Origin: Camelus dromedarius | Taxonomy: Eukaryota | Direction: 5' to 3' | NCBI RefSeq assembly: GCF_036321535.1 | Contig: NC_087436.1 | Location: 68,326,001-68,390,000 of the forward strand | Length of the DNA stretch: 64,000 bases | Shown: positions 38,350-51,327 of the stretch, piece by piece | How the letters are laid out: every line of letters starts with the position of its first letter | Position numbering within the stretch: position 1 is the stretch's first letter | Made by a program: the position numbers and the translations under genes | The notes under the pieces: generated by a model | What the model saw: only the letters and a program-made list of their open reading frames with translations | Database searches by the model: none | What the model was told of the DNA's origin: nothing

Positions 38350-39797
38350 CAGGCCACATACTTTGCGGAGCCCTGTGCAAACTGAAAATGTGGAGCTCCT
38401 TATTCAAAACACAGGAAGGAAGTGCTGTTAAAGGCACTAAAATATATTTTTCCCTTTCTTCAATGATCTCTCTCTTTCTCACACATACATATCTAATGTT
38501 TCTTATTTGCTATGTAATATCATTCTTTAAAAGAAAAATAAATTTTAAATTATTGAAATGAATTTTACTGTGCTTTTTTTATATTGTGCAATGCCTGTTT
38601 AAAATGCAAATAGAATATGCGGAGTCACCAAAGTGACACAATGTACGTCACAGCTCATGCGTGTGTCAGTATTCCATTCCAGAATAGCAGAAATGCTGCC
38701 ACTGTTTTTATTTCAATTCTTGATACACACATTCTACCGACACTCTTACTTTTAGATTTTTGATGAGTAAGGAAGGACTGAAAGTGAAAGACACTGTACA
38801 GTAACCCTCTTTCCCTTTTCTTCTGTGGCATCATTTTGAGCACAGGTAGTTGGCTAATACAGGGAAATACCATGAATAAGAACAAATACCATCAGTAAGA
38901 ACATGTTTGGTCATCTGTGTGTCTTAAAACTCCATTGGCTTTTTTCTGTGTTTGAAACAAGTTCTGCTTCAAATGGAAAGCATGGTATCCTCACTTAGCG
39001 TGGTAGGCTATATACTGACCCTCTACTCAAAAATGTCCACTTCCTAGTCACCAAAACCTGTGGATATGTTACCTTATGTCAAAAAGGGAAATTTGTCAAT
39101 GTGATTTAGTTAAGAATCTTGCGATGGAGAGATTATCCTGGGTTATCCAGTTAAGCCCAAAGAAATCCTTATAAAAGGGAGAATTGGAGATTCAGAGAAA
39201 GAGATGTGACAATGCAAGCAGAGGAAGAAATTGGGAAATGCTGCATTGCTGGCTTTAAAGAGAGCAGAGGATGCAGCCATGAGGCAAAGAATGCAGGCGA
39301 CCTCAAGAAGTTAGAAAAGGCAAGTAAGAAGATTCTCCCCTACAATTCCAGAAAGAAAAAAAAAAAAGCAGTCTTTGATTTTAGCCTCATAAGACACATT
39401 TCAGACTTCTGATTTTCAGATCTGTAAGAAAATTTGTACTATTCAAGCCACTAATCTTGCAGTAATTTGTTGTAGCAGCAGTAGAAAATTAACACACCAT
39501 ATTGCAGAGGTACTCACTTTGAGCCTTGCAAAATCCCACACATAGTGGGTCCACCAGAATTCTATGCTCACAGAAGCAATATATAAATGGGGCCATGAGG
39601 AATGGCAGACAGGCATACTGTGTGTATTTCCTCTACTCAGGCACATATACCCCCATGTCCCATTGGACTTTGTCTACAATAATACAAGTTCAGAGATAAG
39701 ATTAAGAATTTCAAGACAGTGACAAGAAGAAATTAAACCAAGCATGCGACCCTTTGAGCACAAGACCCTGTACAAATGCACAGGTTGCTCGCCTGCC
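38350..39797 (-). mobile_element. MER45B-like hAT-Tip100 element interrupted by an MLT1 LTR
   Basis: gccctgtgcaaactgaaaatgtggagctccttattcaaaa...gatgagtaaggaaggactgaaa...gtgggtccaccagaattct...aagaatttcaagacag...gcacaggttgc is collinear with the recalled MER45B consensus. Confidence 0.82.
38999..39496 (+). mobile_element. MLT1C/D (MaLR) solo LTR
   Basis: gtggtaggct...acctgtggatatgttacctta...gagattatcctggg...tcagacttctga...taatttgttgtagcagcagtagaaaattaacaca. Confidence 0.88.
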
Positions 39798-41460
39798 AGT
39801 GTTGCTTAGAAGGAATGATCTCCAGAAGTAAAGCCAGTTGGTGGTAGTTGAGAAAAATATAGTACTAATTGCAGTACTTGCCAGTACTCAAATCTGTTTT
39901 TTTTTAATTCAAAGTTTAGATTCTTTTTGGAATAAAACAGAAGCTTCTCTATTTAGAAGGTTATTTTTGAGTTGTAAAAATTCCCTCTTGGGCTTTCTCT
40001 GTTTTATCATGTTTTTCTCCTGTATTCTCTCATTCAATCTTCACTGCCAGAATGAGACAGACAAAGCACGAGGATGCTTTTTTCTTGTAATGGAAATCTT
40101 AGCAGCAGACAGTAACTGCTCCAGGTCTGTCAAATCAAATCTGGTTTTTATAATACAGGTTTCCTGCTGTGTCCAGCACAGCTTGGGACCGTGTCTGAGG
40201 ATAGGTGACGCAAGACTTAAGAAACAAAGAGACAAAGTAAAGAGCAAAGATGGGACCAGGGGATTCAAGATCTTGTGGATCCAGAGTCCCGAAAGCCTGG
40301 TCGACATCATATTTATTAGCAGTATACAGCTCAGAAAAAAATGTGATCAAAGAGGTGAGGCTTTAGATATTCCAGGCGATAAGCAGCAAGTTCTGCTTGC
40401 TGATTAATTGATTAATTTCAGGCCTATCCCTTCCAGGAACAATCACCCTCCTCAGGGTATGCAAAATTTCTAAATCTATCCTGTTATTGCCTCCGGGACA
40501 TCTCGAGATAGCAAATATTTCCCCTGGGCTTAACCAAATGCTTTCATGCCAGAACAAAGTTCTCTTAATGGGCGATCTGGCTTTCCAGGACCATCCATTG
40601 TTTTACCCTAAGGAGATATCTGCCCTCCTTTGTGCCTTATGGTCAATCTCAGGATTGCTCACCACAAATTTTCTTTAGCATAATACGTGCTACAGGTCAT
40701 CTACTGCGTAAAACTTTAAAACAAAGCAAGCATGTGCATTTTAAACAAGCAAGTGTGAATATAATATTTTAAGCTCATGGAAATTTAGGTGCGGCTTGTT
40801 TTCCAGCTGTTCATTTTCCAGTGGCTTTTCTCAGCAGCTTGTTTCCCAGCAGTTTCCAAGCCCTGCTCCATTATTCTTTCAAATACATAACATACATGCA
40901 CAGAATTTCCAGGTTCAAAGTCCAGAAAAATGTATTTTTTAAAGCCCTGTAATTGATCCTATCACTGCTTTTGAAAAACACTGAGAAACTCCATCATTTC
41001 AATGTCTCAGAGAACCAACATTTAGAAGCAGGAAAAAGGCCAAGATCAGTAGCTTTGAGAAACATTTTCAATACTCCCCTGTGTAGACAGTGAAGCCAAC
41101 ATAAGCAACATATGAGTTGGGATGTTAAGGTCTCGATGTTTTTTCCTTCATAATAATTTGAATGTTCAGGGACAAGGGGATAGAGGTGGTTTTTAAAAAA
41201 TTACCAAAATCTAAGGGAAAGGAAAAATTATCTTTGAAGACTCAAAATGAGCAAAGCCCTGAACCTGATTTAGTTGCAGAACCAAAAGAAAGCTTTCGGA
41301 AAGCTTTATGGCATCTTCAGCATAATGCAATACAAGGTGGCCAACAAGGCCAGGAAATTGAAGGAAAATAAAACAATAAAATGAAAGGACAGTTAAATGA
41401 GGAGACACAAAGACAACAAAGTAAGATGCAAAGGGAGAAATAAATTCAAGAAATGTTTCA

Positions 41461-41595
41461 GAGGAAGGGTATAGTTCAGTAGTAGAGCATGCACTTAGCA
41501 TGCATGAAGTCCTGGGTTCAATCCCTAGTAACATCATTAAAATAAGTAAACCTAATTACCCTCCCAAATAAATAAATCAAATATTTTTTTTTAAA
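41461..41595 (+). mobile_element. Camelid tRNA-derived SINE (vic-1 type)
   Basis: agggtatagttcagtagtagagcatgcacttagcatgcatgaagtcctgggttcaatccc; TSD aagaaatgtttca (41448-41460) / aagagatgtttca (41596-41608). Confidence 0.92.
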
Positions 41596-42655
41596 AAGAG
41601 ATGTTTCAAAGAAACCAAAATTATAATAACCAAGCCAAAAAAAATCCTGCATAATACTTTTTAAAGTGCAAAACTAACAATGAAGAAATAAAATCAAAAC
41701 ATTAGATACAGAAAAAGAGAATTAGAATCAAACCAACAATTATGAATATTTTCAAGAAACATGAATATTTGTAATCAAAGAAACAAACAAGACTAATTGA
41801 CAAAAATAAGGTTAACAAAGAAAAAAATGAGTCCATTTTTAAAACTATTCAGATAAAATTTTTAAAGTAGCTCAGTCAAGGAGAAAACTCTATGTAAAGG
41901 CAGAGAACACTAAAAAGATTAACAAGAAGGAATAAAAACCAGGAGGACTCTGGCATCTCTAAAATTACAACAGAAAAATAATGAAGCAATACACATAAAA
42001 TTTTCAGAGAGATAGAACTGTAACCCAATAATTAGGCCTAGTCAAATGTCATTCATTTTTTAAAACAACAGAGACTCTCAGATGCATAAGAACTCAGAAA
42101 TATAACTTCTGTGTTCTTCTTGAAAATTTCCTATAGATATCAAAATTAAGAGTTAAAGAATAGGACAGTTAGGATATAAAGACACAAATGATGCACTGAG
42201 AAAAGTTTGACAAAGTTAAATGTAAATAACTATTGTTAGTTGGAATAAAAACCTGAACAAAAATGTCAAAAATAATCCTTGATAGAAGAGATACTGAAGG
42301 TAGCATGTATTCAGTTAAGAATGGCTGAATTTCAGATTATAACATTGATAAGAACAACTTTCCATTATTAGAGAATATAAAATAAAGCAAACAGCCACAT
42401 TTCATAAGACTAAGAAAACACTAAAAATCATGAAGGATTCAAGATAAAATATTAGAGTGTAACACAAAAAGTTTATATTTCTCTGTTACAATACAAAGTT
42501 TCGCAAACTGAATTAAGAGGCATAATCTAAATATATGCTGCTTCCAAGAGACATACCTAAAATAAAGTGGCATTAAAATGTTTTTCAAAGATAGGCAAAG
42601 ATTTGTCAAAATGAGAACAAACTCCTTGTAACCAGAATTTAATAGAATCAAGAAT

Positions 42656-43122
42656 TGACATTAACAGGATTTTCCTATTCCAGTAAATTCTTGCCTGGGA
42701 AAAATAAAGTTTCAAATAGCATTACTGTTTGTTTTATGAACTCATTAAAATCCATTTATTCAAACAACAGACAGCTCAGTTTGCCTCCTCCTTGGGCATG
42801 AGGGTGAATAATTCCTTTCTCAGATAAAGAGATTTCTTAAGTGGGCAAACTTTGGTATCAAACCACCATTTACTCCTTCAAACTCCTTTTGAGAGTGCCT
42901 TCAAAACTCTAATCTTGCTGTGTCCACCAATCCTAAACTATAATATCAGAAACTCTCCACAATTCTATTCAGTCTCCTGCATTGAAGCCACACCATAAAC
43001 CAAACCACGAAACTCCTCAAATACACACACACAGGTGATTTTCTATCTTACTTCGGTAAGTAATAAACTCATCTTCACTTGAACACGTCATTTGAGTGTT
43101 TTTTTCTGAGTTGGCAGTCAAC
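42656..43122 (+). mobile_element. Probable ERV1-type solo LTR
   Basis: Interrupts the L1 remnant; has ctcagataaaga, aataaactcatctt (poly-A signal) and a terminal ...gtcaaca; subfamily not assigned. Confidence 0.45.
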
Positions 43123-43491
43123 AGATAACTTCAAAAAGTTAGCACCAATTATCAGCTAAACTGAAATGATAATTAAAAACAAAAAGTTGATAAAAAGATA
43201 TCATCTACAACAAAGATAACAACAGTTACAAATTTTTAGTGCTAAATAACATATTGTCAAATACAAAGTTCAAACTATTAAATGAAGAAATTGACAGAAA
43301 CATATAAATAGTTTCTGCACAGGGAAAACTTTGGACACGTCAAGTAGTGAAAAAGAAAAAAGACAAATAGCAGACAACTGCAAATTTAAAAGTTGGAATG
43401 AGAATTTCAGACGAAAATCAGTGTTTAGGCAAAAAACAAACTGATAGGTAGCATTTCCTACTGACAATTAAAATAATTCAACTAATATTTT

Positions 43492-46400
43492 GAGGAGGAT
43501 CAGTTTTTTGTTTTTCTTTAAGATACAGGTAATTTACATAACTAGTTTCAAGTATACAACATAATGACTCAATATTTGTATAGATTATACTACATTTAAA
43601 GTTAGTATAAAATAATGGCTGTATAAATAATGGCTGTAATTCCCTGTGTGGTACAATGTATCCTTGTTGCTTATCTGTTTTATACATAGTAGTTTATACC
43701 TCTTAATCCTATACCCCTATCTTCCCCTCCCCACTTCCTTCTCCCTGCTGGTAAGCATTAGTTCTCAGTTTCTGTTTTGCTATATATATATTTATTTGTT
43801 TTATTTTTTATATTCCATATATAAGTTAGATCATACAGTACTAATCTTTCTCTGTCTGATTTATTTCATTAAGCATAATGCTTTCTAAGTCTATCCACTT
43901 GCTGCAAATGGCAGAATTTCATTCTTTTTATGGCTGATTAATATTCCATTATATGTATTTTTCACTTCTTTATCAGTTTGTCTATTGATGGACACTTGAG
44001 TTGCTTCACGTCTTGGCTACTGTAAATAGTGCTGCTATGAACATTGGGGTGCATGTATCTTTTCAAATCAGTGTTTTCATTTTTTCCAGATATATACCCA
44101 GAAATAGAATTGCTGATAATTCTATTCCCAGTCTTTTGAGGAACCTTCTTACCATTTTCCATAATGGTTGCACAAATTTACATTCCCACTAAGAGTGTAC
44201 AAGGGTCCCTTTTCTTCTAATTGCTGTCAACATTTGCTATTTGTAGACTTTTTGATGATAACTGGTGTGGAGTGATATCTCATTGTGGTTATGATTTAAA
44301 CTTCTCCAATAATTAGCTATAAGCATTTTTTATATGCCTGTTGGCCATCTGTATGTCTTCTTTGCAAAAATATCCATTTAGGTTTTCTGTACATTTTTGA
44401 TTGGGTTGTTTGGGGTTTTTTGTTTGTTTGTTTGTTTTTTGATACTGAGTTGTATGAGCTGTTTATGTATTTTGGAGATTAACCCCTTGTGAGTCATATC
44501 ATTTGCAAATATTTTCTTTAGTAGGTTGTCTTTTCATTTTGTCCATAGTTTCCTTTGCTGTGTAAAAGTTTTAAGTTTACTTAGGTCCCAATTGTTTATT
44601 TTTGCTTTTATTTCTTTTGCCTTAGGAGAATGATCCAAAAAATAATATTGCTATGATTTATATCAAAGAGTATTGTGTCTATGTTCTTTTCTATAAGTTT
44701 TATGGTTTCAGTCTTACTATTAGGTCTTTAATCCATTTTGAGTTTATTTTTATATATGGTGTGAGGAAATGTTCTAATCTCTTTCTTTTACATGTATCTG
44801 TCCAGTTTTCCCAGCACCACTTGTTGAAGAGTCTTTTACTCTATTGTGTATTTGTGTCTCCTTTGTCTTAAATTAATTGATCATAGGTGCATAGGTTTAT
44901 TTCAGGGCTCTCTATTCTGTTCCATTGATCCATGTATCTGTTTCTGTGCCAATACCATGCTCTTTTGATTTCTGTAGCTTTGGAGTATAGTCAGAAGTTT
45001 GAGGGCACAATATCACCAGCTTTGTTCTATTTTCTCAAAATGGCTTTGGCTATTTGGGGTCTTTTACGGTTTCCATATAAATTTGTTCTAGTTCTGTGAA
45101 AAATATTCTGGGTAATTTGATAGGGATTGCATTAAATGTGTAGATTGCTTTGGATACTGTGGGCATTTTAACAATATTAATTCTTCCAATCCAGGAACAC
45201 GGGATATCTTTCCACGTATTTGTATTATCTTCAACTTCCTTTATCAGTGTTGTATAGTTTTTAGGTTATAGGTCTTTCACTTCTTTGATTAAGTTTATTC
45301 CTAACTATTTTATGCTTTTGATGCATATTAAATGAGATTTTTTTCTTTCTCTTTCTGATAGTTTATTATTAGTATATAGAAAATAAACAGATTTCTGTAT
45401 ATAATCTTATATTCTGCAACTTTACTGAATTCGTTTATTCTAGTTTTTTGGTGGAGGCTTTAGGGTTTTCTATATATAGTATGGTATCATCTGCAAATTG
45501 TGACAGTTTTACTTCTTTACTTACAATTTGGACGCCTTTTATTTCTTTTTGTTATCTGATGGCTGTGGCTAGGACTTCCAACACTATGTTAAATAGAAGT
45601 GGTGAGAGTGGGTATCCTTATCTTGTTCTTGAATTTAGAGGAAGGGCTTTTAGCTTTTCAATGCAGAGTATATTAGCTGTGGGTTTCACACAAACGGCCT
45701 TTGTTACATTGACATATATTACTTCTATACCCACTTTGTTGAGAATTTTTATCATGAATGGATGTTGAATTTGTCAAATGCTTTTTTGCATCTGTTGAGA
45801 AGATTATGTGGTTTTTATCCTTCCTTTTGTTAATGTTGTGTATCACACTGATTGACTTGTGAATACTGAGCCATCTTTGTGTTCCTAGAATAAATCATAC
45901 TTAATAATTATGTATAATCCTTTTTAAATAGTGTTGAATTTGGTTTGCTAATATTTTGTTGAGGATTTTTTCATCTATATTCATCAGAGTTGTTGGCCTG
46001 TAATTTGTATTTTTGTAGTGTCGCTGTCTGGTTTTGATACCAGAGTAATGGTAGCCTTGTAGAATGAATTTGGGAGTGTTCCCTCCTCTTTAATTTTTCA
46101 GAATAATTTGAGAAGGATAGGTATTAACTCTTACTTATATATTTGGCAGAATTCCCCTGTGAATACATCCAGGTCTGGACTTTTGTTTGCTGAGAGCTTT
46201 TTGATGAAATATTAAATTTCATTTCTAGTGATTGGTCTAGTCAGACTGTCTATTTCCTCTTGATTCAAGTCTTGAGAGTTAGTATGTTTTAGAAACTTGT
46301 CCAGTTGTTGTCATGTAACTGTTTATAATATTCTCATGAATTTTTATATGTCTGTGATATCACTTGTTATTTCTACTCTTTCATTTCTTATTTTGTTTAT

Positions 46401-49400
46401 TTGGGTCCTCTCTCTTTTCTTCGTGATGAGGCTGGCTAAAAGTTTATCAATTTTATCTTTTCAAAAAAACAGATCTTGGTTTCATTAATCTTTTCTTTTT
46501 TTTAATTTTTGTCTATATTTTCTTTCTGACCTTTATTATTTCCTTTCTTTGTTGGCTTTGGACTTAGTTTGTTCTTCTTTTTCTAATTCTTTTAGGTGGT
46601 AGGTTAAGTTGTTTATTTGAGATTTTTCTTGTTTCTTGAGGAAGGCCATTATTACTATAAATTTCACTCTTAGAACTTCTGTTGCTGCATCCCATAGATT
46701 TTGAAGAGTTGTGTTTCCATTTTCACCTGTCTATAGGTATTTTCTAATTTCCTCTTTGATTTCTTCAATGACCATTGCTTTTTTTAGTAGCATGTAGTTT
46801 AGTCTTCATGTGTTTTTGCTTTTTCCATTTTTCTTTCTGTAATTGATTTCTAGTTTCAAACCATGTGGTCAGAGAAAATGCTTGATACAATTTCTATCCT
46901 CTTAAATTTGTTGAGACTTGTTTTGTGGCCTAGGATGTGAGCTATCCTGGAGAATGTTTCATATGCACTTGAAAAGAATGTGTACTCTGTTGTTCTGAAT
47001 GGCATGTCCTGTAGAGATATCTATTAAGCCCAACTGGTCTGTTGTGTTATTTAAGACCACTTTTGCCTCACTGATTTTCTGGTATGATCTGGCCATTGAT
47101 GTCAGTGGGATGTTAAGGCCTCCTACTCTTATTGTATTATTGTCAATTTCTCCCTTTATCTCTACTAGTATTTGCTTTCTATATTTAGGTGCTCCTGTAT
47201 TGGGTTCATATATGTTAACAAGCATAATATTCCCTTCTTGTATTGATTTTTTTATCATTGTACAATGCTCTTCTTTGTCTTTTGTTGTAGCCTTTGTTTT
47301 AAAGTCTATTTTGTCTGATATGAATATTTCTACTCCTATTTTCTTGTCATTTCCTTTTGCATGAGATATTTTTCCATTTCCTCACTTTCAGCCTGTGTGT
47401 GTCTTTAGCTCTGAAATGAGTCTCTTGTAAGTAGCATATAGATGTGCCACCCTATGTCTTTTGATTGGAGCATTTAGTCGATTGAAATTTAATTATTGAT
47501 AGGTATGTACTTATTGACATTTATTACTTGTTTTCCAGTTGTTTTTGTGGTTTTCGTTAGTTCATTTCTTCTTTTTGTTTCTTCCCTTATGGTTTGATGA
47601 TTTTCTTCAAATGCTTATGTTCCAGTTTTGTGTTTGTATGTATTATAGGTATTTGATTTGTGGTTACCCTAGGGTGTTATGTTAACCTATAACTGTATCT
47701 ACTTGATTTTAACTGGTAGTCATTTAAATTCAAACATATTCTAAAAGATGTACAATTTTTCACTCCCTTCCCTCACATTTTGTGTTTTTGATGTCATATT
47801 TTACATCTTCATGTTTATCCTTTCACTGTTTATCATAGTTATAGATGCTTTTACAATTTGTTATTTTTTAATCTTTATACTGGCTTATTAATTGGCTGAT
47901 CCTTGATCCTTACTATATATTTGCCTTTACTACTAAGACTTTCCTTTTCCTATAGATTCTTATTTCTTTTTCTACATAGAGAAGACCCTTTAACATTTCT
48001 TTTAGAGTAGGTTCAATACTAACCAACTCTTTAGTTTTTGTATGTCTGAGAAGATCTTTATCTCTCCTTCGATTCTAAATGATAATCTTTCTAGGTGGAG
48101 TATACTAGGTTGCAGGGTTTTCTCTTTCAGGACTTGTAATGTATCATGTTACTTCCTTCTGGCCTGCAAAGTTTCTGTGGAAATTCAGCTGATAGTTTTC
48201 TGGAAATTCCTTTGTATATGACTCTTTGTTTTTCTCTTGCTGCCTTTAGAATTATCTCTTTAACTTTTGCCATTTTATTATGATATGTCTTGATGTGGGA
48301 CTGTTTGGGTTCATCTTATTTGGGACCCTTCGTGCTTCTTGTATCTGAATATCTGTTCCTTCTGGTTTGGGAACTTTTCAGCCATAGTTTCCTCAAATAC
48401 AGTTTCTATCCTTTTCTCTCTCTCTTTTCCTTTTGGGGCCCCTATAATGTGAATGTTGGTATACTACTGTTATCCCAGATATCTCTTAAACTGTTTTCAT
48501 TTTTGCTAATTTGTTTTTCTTTTTGTTGTTCTGAGTTGATGGTTTCCATTCTATCCACCAGGTCATTTATGTGCTCCATATCACTTAGTCTACTATCCTC
48601 CTAGTTATTTTTTATTTTAGTCATTGAATTCTTCATTTCTCATTGGACCTTTTACATTTTCTGGTTCCTTGTTAAAATTTTCACTGTGTTCATCTATTAT
48701 TTTCCTTAATTCACTTAACGTTTTTATTACAAGTGCTTTGAATTCTCTATCTGGTAAATTGTTTATTTCTGTTCAATTTCATTATTTATTTTTTCAGGGG
48801 ATTTCTCTTGCTCTTTCAATTAAGACCAGTTCCTCTCCCTTTATGAATTTAGGTGAAATAGTTACCTATTGTGGTCTTGAAGGGGTGTTCTTATGTGGGA
48901 GCATTTCTATACAGACTTCATGTGTTCAATGCATTTGGTACAAGAGCTGGATTTGACATATATGCAAGTCACATCTTTCCTCAGGGTGTGCTGGCAGCTA
49001 TCATGTTGGTGGGGGAAGAGCTGGAGATAGAGGGGCTAGAGCTGGAGCTGGATGTGAGGCAGGACTTAGCCTCTGCTCAGTGGCTTTCACTGCCTTATCT
49101 GATCCTAAGTTGCTGGAGCAGAAGTCCTGAGGGTCATGCCTAAGTTGGATCTGTTTCCTTTAAGTGTGCACTTTCCCCTCTCCCAGCACTAGGACCTTTG
49201 TCCCAGAAGGGAGAGTACCTAAGCAAGGGGGGCCCACATGGGTTCTCTGCCCATGTTGGCTGCAGAGAGAGGTCTGTGCTGTCTCCAATACACTGCCCAT
49301 GAAAGCACCAGCAGTTGTTTCCCTCTCTCTGTTCAGACACAGCCAAGGGTTCAAATTCCCTTTGCCCCTCACAGCCTCTTTCACTCCTACTCTGTTGTGG

Positions 49401-50160
49401 AACACATTTGGATTCTCAGTATATGTTGGGGGCATGAGCTGTGGTGGAATGGCCACCACCAGAGTTCTGGGCTGCTTCTGATACGCTCCTTGAGTAAGCA
49501 CCAACGATGGCCACCACTGCCCCAACCAGGTTCCACCCTGGGAGCAGGTCGCCTCTGTGTCCCATGGCCAAATCCTCTCCCTGGTCATGGCAGCCCTAGA
49601 TGCAGTGCCACACTGTGATATGGAGTAAGCAGGACTGGAGTGCTCACTCGACTCAGGATGAGGCATGCACCAAGGCAGTCACAGAAACAAGAGTCGGCCG
49701 TGTGATTGCAATCCACCCTCTCCACTCTACCTCAGGGGCAAGCCAGCATGGAGGAACTCCTCATGAGAGGAGCCCAGGCTTCCCACAGCCCTGCTGTTAG
49801 TCCCAGTGATCCTCCAACCAGCCACCAGGGCTTGTCTTCCCTGTGTAGATCCCCAGGACTGGAGTGTTCAGTCTGTGGCTCTTTGTACTTATTCCCCAGG
49901 GCAGATCTCTGCACACTTATTCTCCCTTTTGCTCTGAGCCACCTCCTAAGGGCACAGGTCTTGAACTGATTGCTTTTCTTCCCTTCTACTCAATTACAGA
50001 TTGGACGTTCGCCTTTCCTATAGCCTTGGTTGTATAGGAAACTTCTGCACGTTTCCAGTTATTTTTCAGTGAGCACTGTTCTCTATATAGATGTTTCTTT
50101 AATGTGTTCATGCTGGGAAGTGAGTTCCATGTCCTCCTTCTCCACCATCTTGACCTAGCC
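43492..50160 (-). mobile_element. Full-length (~6.7 kb) degenerate L1 with TSD
   Basis: 5' end with a YY1-like CAAGATGGTG (50143-50152, minus), GC-rich 5'UTR, ORF1 end (EMLKGLL-like, ~47980), ORF2 start near 47520, endonuclease motif NIYEPNTGAPKY, 3'UTR; TSD tcaactaatatttt (43478-43491) / tcaactaataatttt (50161-50175) at a TTTT/AA site. Confidence 0.95.
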
Positions 50161-50853
50161 TCAACTAATAATTTTAAATCCACAGATATAGATTAAACTC
50201 TGTAGCCTACAAAAGAAAATATCTTTCCAAATGTATTTGGAACAATGACTTTAAAAAAAAAAAAAACCTGATAATGTATCATTCCTATAATAGAGAAATC
50301 TCAAATTCTTGAAGCAAATACTATTCAAAACACAGCCCTGGTCATAGTCTCATAGAGCAGGAAATTAATAATTTATTTTTAACTAATAAAAATGAAAATG
50401 TAAAACTTCTACCTATATAGCTATTTATTTAAAGAGTAAATTAAAACAATTACACATTCTTAGAAAAAAATTAAGAGAATTATTAATCATTGCTTATAGG
50501 TTTATAGCCAAAGCAATTTTCATTATAGTAAAAGCTTACTATTTTCTAGAAATGGTTGCTAAGCACATTACACACATATCCTTATTTAACTTTAACATCT
50601 CTTTGAGGGAGGTATCATTACTATCTTTAGTTTATATACACAAAAACTAACGTTTAAAAAACATAAGCTAGTAAAATAAATTTGGTCTTATTTGGGGGCT
50701 CTATTAATATATCATCTATATCAAAGTAGAAAAAAACATATATATAATCACTGAAATAGACGTCCAAAAAAAAGCACTTAATAAAATTCAATATTAATTC
50801 TTGATTTTAAAAATTTAAAGCAACTTCATGAACTAGAAATAGTAGTCTTTGTT

Positions 50854-50917
50854 ATTATTATTATTATAATATACTATCTGTATAAATTATTATTATTATA
50901 ATATACTATCTGTATAA
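50854..50917. repeat. Perfect 32-bp tandem duplication
   Basis: attattattattataatatactatctgtataa occurs twice in tandem. Confidence 0.95.
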
Positions 50918-51231
50918 ATCCAAAAGGAACATCATACTTCAAAGTAAGACCCAAGAGACATATTTCCCCAAGTTTATTTCATATAATACTCCTTTGAAAA
51001 ATATGAAGAATTCTGCATTCTTGTAAGTTTGAGAACTGGAATGCTATGAACCCTCCTTCCACGTGTCACAATATATAAGCATATTTAAGGCCCTGAGAAT
51101 CCCTGAAGTTAAAGAAAAATAAACTTTATTTAATCTTGGGCTTCTCTAACTTACTTGATCACAAAACACTTGTCAAAAATATCACCTATTCATCATAGGT
51201 TACGCTGCCCTCAGCCCTGCCTCAGGCATGG

Positions 51232-51327
51232 GAATATGAAAAAGAATATATATATAACTGAATCACTATGTTGTACACCAGAAACTAACACAACATTGTA
51301 AATCAACTATACTTCAATTTTTAAAAA
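51232..51327 (+). mobile_element. Very short L1 3'-terminal fragment
   Basis: gaatatgaaaaagaatatatatataactgaatcactatgttgtacaccagaaactaacacaacattgtaaatcaactatacttcaa. Confidence 0.85.

Larger units (their letters stand above)
41160..43477 (+). mobile_element. Ancient L1M ORF1 / ORF2-endonuclease remnant; hosts the SINE, LTR and full-length L1 and resumes after 50175
   Basis: tatatgctgcttccaagagacatacct (ICCFQETYL, resembling the L1 endonuclease ICCLQETHL motif) at ~42530; A-rich sense strand. Confidence 0.6.

Noticed and set aside
39838..40407. 189-aa ORF
   Set aside because: Non-ATG start, no domain, and part resembles decayed L2; probably chance.
48871..49969. Cluster of overlapping ORFs
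   Set aside because: They fall in the GC-rich L1 5'UTR where stop codons are rare.
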